UHGV virus genome: UHGV-0342274
Strand: one strand, 5' to 3'
Length of the DNA: 19,205 nt
Source of the DNA: a virus
Below, in pieces: positions 7,927 through 15,180 of the stretch (the stretch's first letter is position 1; each line of letters begins with the position of its first letter). The notes under the pieces were generated by a model. The model had not been told where the DNA came from and ran no database searches. It saw nothing but the letters and a program-made list of their open reading frames with translations. Made by a program: the position numbers and the translations under genes.

Positions 7927-7931
7927 CAACA

Positions 7932-8753
7932 CTATCGCGTTACCCTCTTTAACTGCCGCTCCGCCCATGCCTCTTCAATGTCAAACCGAACCACCAACGT
8001 ATCGTAAAAGCGTTTCACTGATTTTTTCCACGTATCAAGCGTGATAGCACTCGTCACTTTGCGTATGGCATTAAATGCCTCCGTTGATGGTAGTCTTTCA
8101 CAGCCACGACCACCACAACGCTGGCAGTCTCTGATAACAGGCATACCACGTTTTACCGACTCTTCACGATGAATGGCGACACCACGCCCACGGCAATCCT
8201 TACAGGCGGTGGAAACCTCACCCTTTCCGCCACACTCCGGACAGGCAACTTTTACCACCTCCCTGACTTTTTTCCATTCTTCCCAGTAAGACGGATACAC
8301 ACCTTTCGTACACTTTGCCCATACCGGCGGCTTACCATCCGGATACTGGACCTTGTTTGTAAAAACCTCGCTTTCAATAAATTTTTTTCCGTGACAGCAG
8401 GAGCACTGTTTTTTGCTCGCCGCGCTACGGGCATAATCTTCAAACGCATACGAAGCCATAATACGCATCACTGCCGGTTTTATTTCTGCCGGGAGTTTTC
8501 TTAACGCCGCCACGCGATCACACCGACTGAGTGCATATTCTGTCAGCAATTCTGTTGCCCGCTCTCTGTCATTCATACTAATGCCCATTTTACCAAGGAA
8601 CGCAGAAAACCCCATCTCAGCCCGATTCTGTGTCATGCCCTGCGCGGCCATCACATCAGTGATACTCAGCGCATCTTTCGACGTTGAGGCCGATGCATCA
8701 GTCAGGCCGGGGGATTTTGGGGAGTAGTATTTCGGTAAATCTTCCAGTTTCAT
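7932..8753 (-). CDS. Q: Late-gene antiterminator Q (lambda Q family, enlarged zinc-binding region)
   Basis: 273 aa. Shares with recalled lambda Q the blocks SPKSP, TDVMAAQGM, EDYARSAA and the C-terminal YDTLVV...RVTR. Multiple Cys pairs (CSCCHG, CPECGG, CKDCRG, CQRCGG) form an expanded zinc-finger segment. Start overlaps the rusA stop (ATGA). Confidence 0.85.
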   Translation of the reverse strand: MKLEDLPKYYSPKSPGLTDASASTSKDALSITDVMAAQGMTQNRAEMGFSAFLGKMGISMNDRERATELLTEYALSRCDRVAALRKLPAEIKPAVMRIMASYAFEDYARSAASKKQCSCCHGKKFIESEVFTNKVQYPDGKPPVWAKCTKGVYPSYWEEWKKVREVVKVACPECGGKGEVSTACKDCRGRGVAIHREESVKRGMPVIRDCQRCGGRGCERLPSTEAFNAIRKVTSAITLDTWKKSVKRFYDTLVVRFDIEEAWAERQLKRVTR

Positions 8754-9124
8754 TTTTTGACCTGCCCTTCAAGCATTATGGGGTAAATCTTCACCCCCAG
8801 ACGTCCACCAGATACTGGCTGACCACGAACGATATTGATTTCATCAAACTGCTCATCGTCCATTAACACTCCCGCATGCGTCAGCGCATCCAGCGGTGCT
8901 TTCAGGATATTGTCCAGGTCGCGACGACGCTTATCCGGTAGCTCTGCAATCACCTTTATCGCCAGCCTTCCGGACAGGCTTAATTTCAGCCGCTGCTGGC
9001 GAACAATAAGCGCCACAGCCCGGCGATAACGCTTTCCCTCCTCCGAGATAAAATATGTGCTGCCACGGCGTCGCCAGTAAGTGTTCACCGTCGGCGGGTA
9101 AGGTAAAACCAAATCTATGAGCAT
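8750..9124 (-). CDS. rusA: RusA Holliday-junction resolvase
   Basis: 124 aa; AGAGGTG RBS; sequence pattern LPYPPTVNTYWRRRG...DLDNILKAPLDALTHAGVLMDDEQ typical of RusA; stop overlaps the Q start. Confidence 0.8.
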   Translation of the reverse strand: MLIDLVLPYPPTVNTYWRRRGSTYFISEEGKRYRRAVALIVRQQRLKLSLSGRLAIKVIAELPDKRRRDLDNILKAPLDALTHAGVLMDDEQFDEINIVRGQPVSGGRLGVKIYPIMLEGQVKK

Positions 9125-9136
9125 CAGTCACCTCTT

Positions 9137-10183
9137 TTACCCAAGCACGCCAGTTGCAAAGGCGTGATCAAGAAAACGAAAAATTAAATCAACCTGAGAA
9201 CCATGCTTTTCTTCGAACGCCAGAGGATCCGCATGAAGCTCGTTGTGATGCTCCCGACACAGCGGTAGCGTGAAAATATCGTGAGATTTTGTCCCCATTC
9301 CGCCCTGACCATGACCAATCAGGTGATGGGGATCGTCGGCTGGCTTACCACAACACGCACACGGCTGTGTCTTCACCCAGCGTGTGTATTTCTCGTTAAC
9401 CCAGCGGCGACGTTTAGGTCGTTTCATGAAAGATTCCGGAGACTCAGGATCAACGGCAATGCTGACCACCGTCTCTTCCTGTGGCGGGTTTTGCTGGTGG
9501 GCGTGAGGCAGCGGCGCAAGATTTTTTGTGCGCTGCTTCAGTATGCTGGTGGCGGTCTGCTCTCCCGGTACGATGTCGCTTTCACGGTACATTGAGCGGA
9601 TTTTTTCCGCACGCAACCCCAGCGAACGACGTAATACCGCTTCCGGTAGCGCGTCCGCCACCTGATTGCGGACCGCCCACCAGGATAATTCAGCCAGCGA
9701 TAATTCCCGTTCCTGCGAGCCATTCATTGCATGGCGTATGACGTCAATCATCCATGCAGACAGGTTTTGGTGAGCAAGTTGCCCGAGTGATTCGGAGGTC
9801 TGGTCGCGCAGCTGGTTGTCGCAGTGCCAGCACAACACCATTGCGCCGGTACCATAACGGTGAATGACGGTTTCACTGTGGTGATAATCGCCGTGTGGCC
9901 ACTGGCAGGATTTAACATGGCGCAGTAACCAGTCAGACAATGCGCCAGCGCCACCAGCAGCACGAATCACTCGTTCGTCGCTGAAAAATGGCAGTAATGA
10001 TTTATCCTCCGCCAGCGGCTGGCGAACGGCAGGAACGACCCCGGACGACAGATTACGCATGCTTTTCGGTTCCGGCTCCACCAGTACCCGGGTATTGTGG
10101 AATACCGGCATGGATTCACGGCCCGGCTTAACGATCACCAGCCCGAGTTCCGGTACCAGAACAGGTCGAAGTAATACCCGCAC
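9137..10183 (-). CDS. DUF968 family protein (YdfU-like), Cys/His-rich C-terminus
   Basis: 348 aa from a GTG start at 10183 with GGAGGT RBS inside the end of the upstream gene. C-terminal CACCGKPADDPHHLIGHGQ...LCREHHNELH is a metal-binding-like motif. Position upstream of Q as I recall for ydfU in Qin. Internal ATG starts are possible. Confidence 0.55.
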   Translation of the reverse strand: MRVLLRPVLVPELGLVIVKPGRESMPVFHNTRVLVEPEPKSMRNLSSGVVPAVRQPLAEDKSLLPFFSDERVIRAAGGAGALSDWLLRHVKSCQWPHGDYHHSETVIHRYGTGAMVLCWHCDNQLRDQTSESLGQLAHQNLSAWMIDVIRHAMNGSQERELSLAELSWWAVRNQVADALPEAVLRRSLGLRAEKIRSMYRESDIVPGEQTATSILKQRTKNLAPLPHAHQQNPPQEETVVSIAVDPESPESFMKRPKRRRWVNEKYTRWVKTQPCACCGKPADDPHHLIGHGQGGMGTKSHDIFTLPLCREHHNELHADPLAFEEKHGSQVDLIFRFLDHAFATGVLG

Positions 10184-10184
10184 G

Positions 10185-10457
10185 TTACCTCCAGATGCGT
10201 TGCTGGAATGTGCGGGACGGACGCGGTGGCCGTTCGGAATAAGGGAGTCTGACGTAGATTATCCAGTGACGATAATCGAGGGTGAGGGCTTTCCTAAACT
10301 CATATCCACGTCTGCGGTAGTTATGAATCAGCCATTCGGCCTGTTCTTCAGTACAGGGATCGTGCTGATACCAGTCATATTTGAATGCGTGAGAACGCCA
10401 CCCGTGCCTGCTGGCAAAGGCAGAATCAGAATTGCGAAATTTGAAATTATGCGCCAT
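10185..10457 (-). CDS. Hypothetical 90-aa protein (possibly Rem-like)
   Basis: ATG at 10457 (MAHNFKFRNSD...) with GGAG 6 nt upstream; the track ORF begins at an upstream TTG. Stop abuts the YdfU-like start. The Rem assignment is by position and size only. Confidence 0.4.
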   Translation of the reverse strand: MAHNFKFRNSDSAFASRHGWRSHAFKYDWYQHDPCTEEQAEWLIHNYRRRGYEFRKALTLDYRHWIIYVRLPYSERPPRPSRTFQQRIWR

Positions 10458-10516
10458 TGTCATCTCCAATGGCGCTGCAGGTTGCCAGTTGTTCAGGCTG
10501 GCTCACGTATTATAAC

Positions 10517-10690
10517 TTATTCCCGAACTACCTTGAAACCGAGTCTTTCCAAGTATTCAATGAATGCCTCAACAGATAACACTACATGATCATCAGGAAT
10601 TAACGCTGTGTAGGTAATACCCCCATTCTCAACGCGCACAGCATAGAGGCCATCTTCACTAAAAATTTCACGTAATTCTTCGATTTTCAT
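10517..10690 (-). CDS. Hypothetical 57-aa protein
   Basis: ATG at 10690 with GGAAGGA RBS about 9 nt upstream: MKIEELREIFSEDGLYAVRVENGGITYTALIPDDHVVLSVEAFIEYLERLGFKVVRE. The track ORF is extended upstream without RBS. Confidence 0.45.
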   Translation of the reverse strand: MKIEELREIFSEDGLYAVRVENGGITYTALIPDDHVVLSVEAFIEYLERLGFKVVRE

Positions 10691-10773
10691 CAACAGAATC
10701 CTTCCAGATAAATAGCACTCCCCCTGTTCGGGGTCCATCCCTCTTCTCCCTGCGCGCTACTTAAGTATTTTTG

Positions 10774-10803
10774 ATTCTATTCTGGCACCGTCCAAAACTT
10801 CAA
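10774..10803 (-). promoter_or_regulatory. Candidate sigma70 promoter just downstream of the cassette terminator
   Basis: Minus strand TTGAAG-18 nt-TAGAAT, placed to drive the 57-aa/90-aa/YdfU-like/rusA/Q genes. Confidence 0.35.
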
Positions 10804-10810
10804 ACACGTT

Positions 10811-10843
10811 GAAAATAAAAACAAAAAACCCGCCGAAGCGGGT
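10811..10843 (-). terminator. Intrinsic terminator at the 3' end of the two-gene cassette
   Basis: Hairpin ACCCGC-CGAA-GCGGGT at 10828-10843; on the minus strand followed by TTTTTTGTTTTTATTTTC. The stop codon of the HTH-peptidase gene is immediately upstream. Confidence 0.7.
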
Positions 10844-10847
10844 ATAC

Positions 10848-11951
10848 TCAAACAATCTGGAAAATATTTCTTGGATTTGTAATAGGTCTGTTGATGGAGA
10901 ACAACTCACGAATTAAATCTTGGCTCAAGCCAGTTTTCATAAGAATTCTTAGCCAGGTTGCATCATCCAGCATTTCAATCGCCTCGGCCAGCATGCCGGG
11001 TTCTTCAGGGCGCAAAAGTTCATCACCAGGTTCAACTCTCGTATACCCTCTGGAATTAAGATGCATATAGCCAGTTCTTGCCTGTTCCTGGGTCAATAAG
11101 CCTAATGCGCTGGCTCGATAAATACACATTTTAAGGCTGATTTTCCATCTAAGTTTAAATTCAACCAGAGCATTCCAGTCGAATTGCTTACCTCGTATTC
11201 GTGGAAATTCTTTAATGAAAGATAACCTGGGAACTAATAAGGCGCTCGAAAAGTGATCGGCTTGTGATTCCGTAAGTTTATCACCTGTCGTTATGCCCTC
11301 ATGCATTACTAAATGCCCTAATTCATGACCTAAATCAGAGCGAAATCTACATATGCTTTTTTTAACATTGTTCCTGATGATAACAGGCCTGTTATTGTGA
11401 ACAGTAAAAGCATCAACACGATCATCGACTCCCGTAACATGCGCAACGATTACCCCTAAACTCTCCGCCAATTTAACCATTGATGATATAGGGCCAAGAC
11501 CTAAATTCCAGGCACGGCGACAATCTTCTGCCACTCGCTCAATATCATTCGGAGTAAGTAATTCAGCCCCTGGGTGCTCCGGTATGTTAACGTCAGGAAA
11601 TTCGATTTCACCTTCAACAGCAGAAATTATAATATTAAGAATCTCAGCCCTGGCCAATACACTATTAGTCAGCGTTTGAGTCCTGGACTTCTTACTCCGA
11701 AAATGGCAGACATCACTTTCCAGAGCGTATTTTCGTTCAGTAAAAAGAAAACTGGACTTAATCATAAGCGCTGAAGATATTAACTCAAGACATTGCTCCG
11801 ATGGCCTGCACCCCTTCTCCAGTTTGCTAACGAATTGCTTTGTCTTGCCAATTTTTTCGGCTAACTCTTCACAAGAAAGCCCAACAGCCATTCTCGCTAG
11901 TTTGAGCTTATCACCCCGATACTCAGTGAAGTTATTCACCTGATGTTCCAT
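10848..11951 (-). CDS. HTH-XRE DNA-binding domain fused to ImmA/IrrE-family (M78, COG2856) zinc metallopeptidase
   Basis: 367 aa from ATG at 11951 (the track begins one codon earlier at GTG). N-terminal HTH (LKLARMAVGLSCEELAEKIGKTKQFVSKLEKG); HEXXH zinc site at DLGHELGHLVMHEG; about 150 aa C-terminal of the peptidase core. Overlaps the upstream gene by about 20 nt. Lower GC than flanks by eye. Confidence 0.75.
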   Translation of the reverse strand: MEHQVNNFTEYRGDKLKLARMAVGLSCEELAEKIGKTKQFVSKLEKGCRPSEQCLELISSALMIKSSFLFTERKYALESDVCHFRSKKSRTQTLTNSVLARAEILNIIISAVEGEIEFPDVNIPEHPGAELLTPNDIERVAEDCRRAWNLGLGPISSMVKLAESLGVIVAHVTGVDDRVDAFTVHNNRPVIIRNNVKKSICRFRSDLGHELGHLVMHEGITTGDKLTESQADHFSSALLVPRLSFIKEFPRIRGKQFDWNALVEFKLRWKISLKMCIYRASALGLLTQEQARTGYMHLNSRGYTRVEPGDELLRPEEPGMLAEAIEMLDDATWLRILMKTGLSQDLIRELFSINRPITNPRNIFQIV

Positions 11952-12582
11952 CACTGCTCACATCCAAATCTTTATCCTTCGTACGCCGACGAAGAGGCAC
12001 CTTATTAATCTCCGCTTCGTCAGGGAGTGTGTTATAATCAAGAGGCATAAGCGGCATCGATGCTGTAGATTGATGAGAAACTATACTAATCTGAGCACCA
12101 TAAGTATTAAATCCAACAAGAGCTACCTCCCAACGAGGCAGTGTGGACTCTAATTCACCATCGCCCTCTTCGGATAAAAAAGGCTCAGCTATGACTCGCC
12201 ATGTAATATCTTGCTCAGCCTCAACATCACCAAACAATGAGAGCTGCTCATACTCTACTTTATTTCGACGCAGACGATGTTTCTTTTTGGGGTTATTAAT
12301 GCAATCTTTGGTAAATTGTAGCGGAACTTTATTTAAAGCAACTACATAGTCCAACCCCTTGGAAATCATCTCAAGGCCAGGAATTGCATCTTCATTTTGA
12401 ATAAGATGATTTCTGACCCAATCATAAGCCCTTACACCTTCAGACCAGTTGCTGTCTAATGCGTGCTTATGATAGTACAGCTGCTCAAGTACGTTAGCGA
12501 TCTCCGCCAACAAGTGGCGAACATAGTTTTCAGCAAGATAAGGTTGAAATTCCCAACAAGGAGCTAACTGATTTTCATTCAT
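11932..12582 (-). CDS. Hypothetical 216-aa protein, first gene of the cassette
   Basis: ATG at 12582, no strong SD but AT-rich leader. Acidic C-terminal tail. No domain recognised. Co-oriented with and overlapping the HTH-peptidase gene. Confidence 0.55.
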   Translation of the reverse strand: MNENQLAPCWEFQPYLAENYVRHLLAEIANVLEQLYYHKHALDSNWSEGVRAYDWVRNHLIQNEDAIPGLEMISKGLDYVVALNKVPLQFTKDCINNPKKKHRLRRNKVEYEQLSLFGDVEAEQDITWRVIAEPFLSEEGDGELESTLPRWEVALVGFNTYGAQISIVSHQSTASMPLMPLDYNTLPDEAEINKVPLRRRTKDKDLDVSSDGTSGE

Positions 12583-12611
12583 TTCAAGTTTCGCTTTTTT
12601 TAGAATTCGTA

Positions 12612-12646
12612 AACCACATATTTTCGCATTTTTCTATTTTTGTCAA
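12612..12646 (-). promoter_or_regulatory. Candidate cassette promoter
   Basis: Perfect -35 TTGACA (plus-strand TGTCAA at 12641-12646), 17-nt spacer, weak -10 AAATAT; about 30 nt upstream of the 216-aa start. Confidence 0.3.
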
Positions 12647-12654
12647 CCAGACTA

Positions 12655-12678
12655 ATGCAAAAACCCGCCGAAGCGGGT
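12655..12678 (-). terminator. Intrinsic terminator downstream of hokD; second copy of the cassette-flanking hairpin
   Basis: Same core AAAAACCCGCCGAAGCGGGT as at 10821-10843; on the minus strand followed by TTTTTGCAT. Confidence 0.6.
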
Positions 12679-12747
12679 TAAGTGCGGGTGCGTTGAGGAT
12701 GCCTGGCACATCAGAGGTGGCGGGAGATTACTCCCCCGCCGGGTCTC

Positions 12748-12903
12748 TTACTCCTCAGGTTCGTAAGCTGTGAAGACAGCGACCTCCGTCTGGCCGGTTC
12801 GGATTCGTACCTCGCAGAGGTCTTTCCTCGTTACCAGTGCCGTCACAATGACGGTTAAACAGATGACGATCAGGGCGATTAGCATCGCCTTTTGCTGCTT
12901 CAT
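12748..12903 (-). CDS. hokD: Hok/Gef-family type I toxin (HokD/RelF-like)
   Basis: 51 aa from ATG at 12903: MKQQKAMLIALIVICLTVIVTALVTRKDLCEVRIRTGQTEVAVFTAYEPEE, matching HokD as I recall it. The track ORF extends in frame 19 codons upstream (MLYTRRLASYVPKGKEKQA). Confidence 0.85.
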   Translation of the reverse strand: MKQQKAMLIALIVICLTVIVTALVTRKDLCEVRIRTGQTEVAVFTAYEPEE

Positions 12904-13114
12904 AGCCTGCTTCTCCTTGCCTTTCGGCACGTAAGAGGCTAACCTACGTGTGTAGAGCATAGATATGGCCTCAGATTAATGTTAAGCGTCTTGCCGGACG
13001 CGTAATGTTAACTGGGGCTTTTCTCTATCTGCCTTTTGGTGTTCATGCCTGAGACAGATAGCCTCAAGCACCCGCTGCAATTCTACTTAACTCTCCTTTT
13101 CCCGCAAACCGTTT

Positions 13115-13198
13115 TTATCCCCAGTGGCAAATCGAATACACCACCAGCGCCACCGCCATCGCAATTCCTACCGTTGTTAATGCTTCAGGCCAGGTCAT
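13115..13198 (-). CDS. Putative 27-aa hydrophobic micro-protein, translationally coupled
   Basis: ATG at 13198 overlaps the TGA of the 114-aa gene (ATGA). [27 protein letters not shown] has one TM-like segment. Not in the ORF track. Confidence 0.25.
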   Translation of the reverse strand: MTWPEALTTVGIAMAVALVVYSICHWG

Positions 13199-13539
13199 CG
13201 TAAAATATCCTCCACGCTTATCAGTCCGTTCCGCTCCAGATAACTCATCGCCTTATCCGGTAATTTGCAGTCTGGCTTCGCTTTCCTCAGTTGCCAGGTT
13301 AACTGCTTTACCAGCATGGTTAACTCATCGACCAGACGCTGATATCCCACTGGTTTGTATTCATGCAATTTACCGGCTGGCTCTGCTGCCAGCGATACCA
13401 GTGCGATTTCCAGAACAGCAATATCCATCTTATATGTGCGGATGATGTCATGGTCGATTGTGCCCGGTATGCACAGTCTCTGTGCTTCAATAGTCTCCTC
13501 TGCGTGAGCTATTAACTGCTCTCTGGTAAAAGTCGTCAT
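13195..13539 (-). CDS. Hypothetical 114-aa protein (paralogous to the upstream 55-aa ORF at its N-terminus)
   Basis: ATG at 13539 overlaps the stop of the 55-aa ORF (ATGA). N-terminus MTTFTREQ... and the motif [10 protein letters not shown] parallel MTTITKER...[10 protein letters not shown] in the 55-aa protein. Confidence 0.5.
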   Translation of the reverse strand: MTTFTREQLIAHAEETIEAQRLCIPGTIDHDIIRTYKMDIAVLEIALVSLAAEPAGKLHEYKPVGYQRLVDELTMLVKQLTWQLRKAKPDCKLPDKAMSYLERNGLISVEDILR

Positions 13540-13703
13540 GCCGTAGCCCCTTCTTGATATTTTTCAAACCAGAACACAACCGGCTCTGCTTCCAGCGATG
13601 CCAGCGCAATCCGTGCCAGTTCCATTTGTTCACCACGGGTAAGCCCGTTTTCAAGCGGGTTTTTAATGAACAATTCAATACGTTCTTTGGTAATAGTGGT
13701 CAT
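13536..13703 (-). CDS. Hypothetical 55-aa protein
   Basis: ATG at 13703 with perfect AAGGAG RBS: [55 protein letters not shown]. Not in the ORF track (under 60 aa). Confidence 0.5.
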   Translation of the reverse strand: MTTITKERIELFIKNPLENGLTRGEQMELARIALASLEAEPVVFWFEKYQEGATA

Positions 13704-13713
13704 GTGTTACTCC

Positions 13714-13977
13714 TTAACCCGCAGTGCTTTCAACTGATGAGGGGAACAAAATCTTTTCATCAAACCCTGCATTCATATCATGAACAGCAACACACCAATC
13801 CATCGACGAACGATTATCAAGAGCCTCCATGATTTCATCCATGCGGCGCAGGTCATACAGGTAAATGCTTTTATCGCCAATGGTGTAAAAACCAATTTTT
13901 TTCGGTGATGGACAGCGATCAAGAACGTCCTGTAATTCGCTCAACCATGCTTGTTCTTTTTTTGTCAAAGTTGCCAT
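13714..13977 (-). CDS. Hypothetical 87-aa protein
   Basis: ATG at 13977 immediately after the junction box ...ATCAAAGGAGAGTGAT (SD AAGGAGAG). Confidence 0.5.
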   Translation of the reverse strand: MATLTKKEQAWLSELQDVLDRCPSPKKIGFYTIGDKSIYLYDLRRMDEIMEALDNRSSMDWCVAVHDMNAGFDEKILFPSSVESTAG

Positions 13978-13978
13978 A

Positions 13979-14470
13979 TCACTCTCCTTTGATGCGAATG
14001 CCAGTGGTACTCATTCTCCTGATTTCCCAGAGCACACGAGGAACACCACCGTTTCCGACCGGATCGCGTTTACTCCGCAGGGCGACGCTTGATTCCGCCC
14101 AGCTTTTTCTTGGAGGAAGCTCTTTCACACGAACAAAACCAGCTGCGCGGAGAGATGCTCCTGATTCATCTGCCTGGGTGTACGTAATACAACGTTGATA
14201 ACCCATAGCCTTTGCTGCCCGCCAGACAGCACCATAAAGCGCGCTGTTAGCGTTGCGTTCTCCTGTGGTACATGTGCGATTTACTTCAAGCGTTAATCCA
14301 TCGTCCAAATGTCGTGCAACAGGTCTACCGGCTGTCGCCACACCTATCAATTCTCCGGCATCATTTCTCAGACCAATGCTGAATTTATGCCCCACCGGGG
14401 GTTTATTGTGTCGGTGATGTCTGGATATAAACGCCTTCGCAACACGAAGAGTAACCGGTGAAATTTGCAT
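13979..14470 (-). CDS. Hypothetical 163-aa protein (nin-region-like gene)
   Basis: ATG at 14470 (MQISPVTLRVAKAFISRHHRHNKPP...) preceded by the junction box with AAAGGAGAG SD. The track ORF is extended upstream. Ends ...GIRIKGE. Confidence 0.55.
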   Translation of the reverse strand: MQISPVTLRVAKAFISRHHRHNKPPVGHKFSIGLRNDAGELIGVATAGRPVARHLDDGLTLEVNRTCTTGERNANSALYGAVWRAAKAMGYQRCITYTQADESGASLRAAGFVRVKELPPRKSWAESSVALRSKRDPVGNGGVPRVLWEIRRMSTTGIRIKGE

Positions 14471-14472
14471 TC

Positions 14473-14832
14473 TCACTCTCCTTTGATGCCAATGTTTACA
14501 GACTGGCAAGCCTCTTTGAGCACCCAGTCAACAGCGTCTTTCCATGCTCCGGTTTCGACTGGCGGATTCTCACGCTTTACCTGTTCATAGAAACGCACTG
14601 CTTTAATCAATCCTTCTGGTGTCAGTGGCACAGGCGGGGCAGTGAATAACGCCTGAATTTCATAGTTCGGTCTGTCGTTGCAATCCTCTTTTGTCGGTAC
14701 ATATTTCCAGTCACCAACCCACTGCTTCCCCTGAAAGTCTGTAACGCCTTTTTTCACGTAGCGATATCGCCATGCCACTGGTTTTGCCTGCCCTGCCTTT
14801 TCATGCCCTTCCTGATAATTAATCTCGCTCAT
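14473..14832 (-). CDS. Hypothetical 119-aa protein
   Basis: ATG at 14832 overlaps the stop of the 58-aa ORF (ATGA). Ends ...NIGIKGE inside the junction box. Confidence 0.55.
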   Translation of the reverse strand: MSEINYQEGHEKAGQAKPVAWRYRYVKKGVTDFQGKQWVGDWKYVPTKEDCNDRPNYEIQALFTAPPVPLTPEGLIKAVRFYEQVKRENPPVETGAWKDAVDWVLKEACQSVNIGIKGE

Positions 14833-15005
14833 TCATCGCCCCACTCATCACAATATGCTTCGACCGGTGTTTTCCCTGCTTCATAATCATCACGCCATGC
14901 TTCAGCATCAGCGGCACTTCCACCGCGTAACTCTGCATAATCCATTAACAGTTCATGCCATTCTTCAAAACTGGCGTTATATTTAGTTGAACCAAAATCA
15001 GCCAT
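14829..15005 (-). CDS. Hypothetical 58-aa protein
   Basis: ATG at 15005 with AGGAAG RBS: MADFGSTKYNASFEEWHELLMDYAELRGGSAADAEAWRDDYEAGKTPVEAYCDEWGDE. Overlaps neighbours at both ends. Not in the ORF track. Confidence 0.45.
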   Translation of the reverse strand: MADFGSTKYNASFEEWHELLMDYAELRGGSAADAEAWRDDYEAGKTPVEAYCDEWGDE

Positions 15006-15180
15006 TTTGTTCTTCCTCTTCGTCTTTTATTTCGTGGTATGAGTAATTGCAGTAGTTAAAGAAAATATCTTTAGCTTCATCCTGTATTTCATCTGGTGTT
15101 GCATCATCATCCACTTCGAATGCATCCTCGAAATCTCCACCGGCTATTCCCGTTTCAATAATTATTTTGAATTTTCGCAT
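14998..15180 (-). CDS. Hypothetical 60-aa acidic protein
   Basis: ATG at 15180; very acidic C-terminus (HEIKDEEEEQNG). First gene after an ORF-poor region of about 450 bp. Confidence 0.4.
   Translation of the reverse strand: MRKFKIIIETGIAGGDFEDAFEVDDDATPDEIQDEAKDIFFNYCNYSYHEIKDEEEEQNG

Noticed and set aside
8169-9131. Antisense and alternative-frame ORFs inside Q and rusA (8169..8504, 8252..8449, 8684..8866, 8835..9029, 8931..9131)
   Set aside because: All nested within Q or RusA coding sequence, which have strong family signatures and coupled starts.
9281-10589. Plus-strand and alternative-frame ORFs (9281..9595, 9481..9741, 9538..9723, 9748..9963, 10059..10589) across the YdfU-like and neighbouring genes
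   Set aside because: Antisense or out of frame to a tightly coupled minus-strand gene series; the 176-aa plus ORF 10059..10589 would cross three minus-strand genes with good RBSs.
13487-14649. Track ORFs 13487..13678 (-), 13554..13832 (+), 13905..14198 (+) and 14458..14649 (+) in the nin-like block
   Set aside because: They conflict with the ATGA-coupled, RBS-supported small-gene series on the minus strand and lack start signals of their own.
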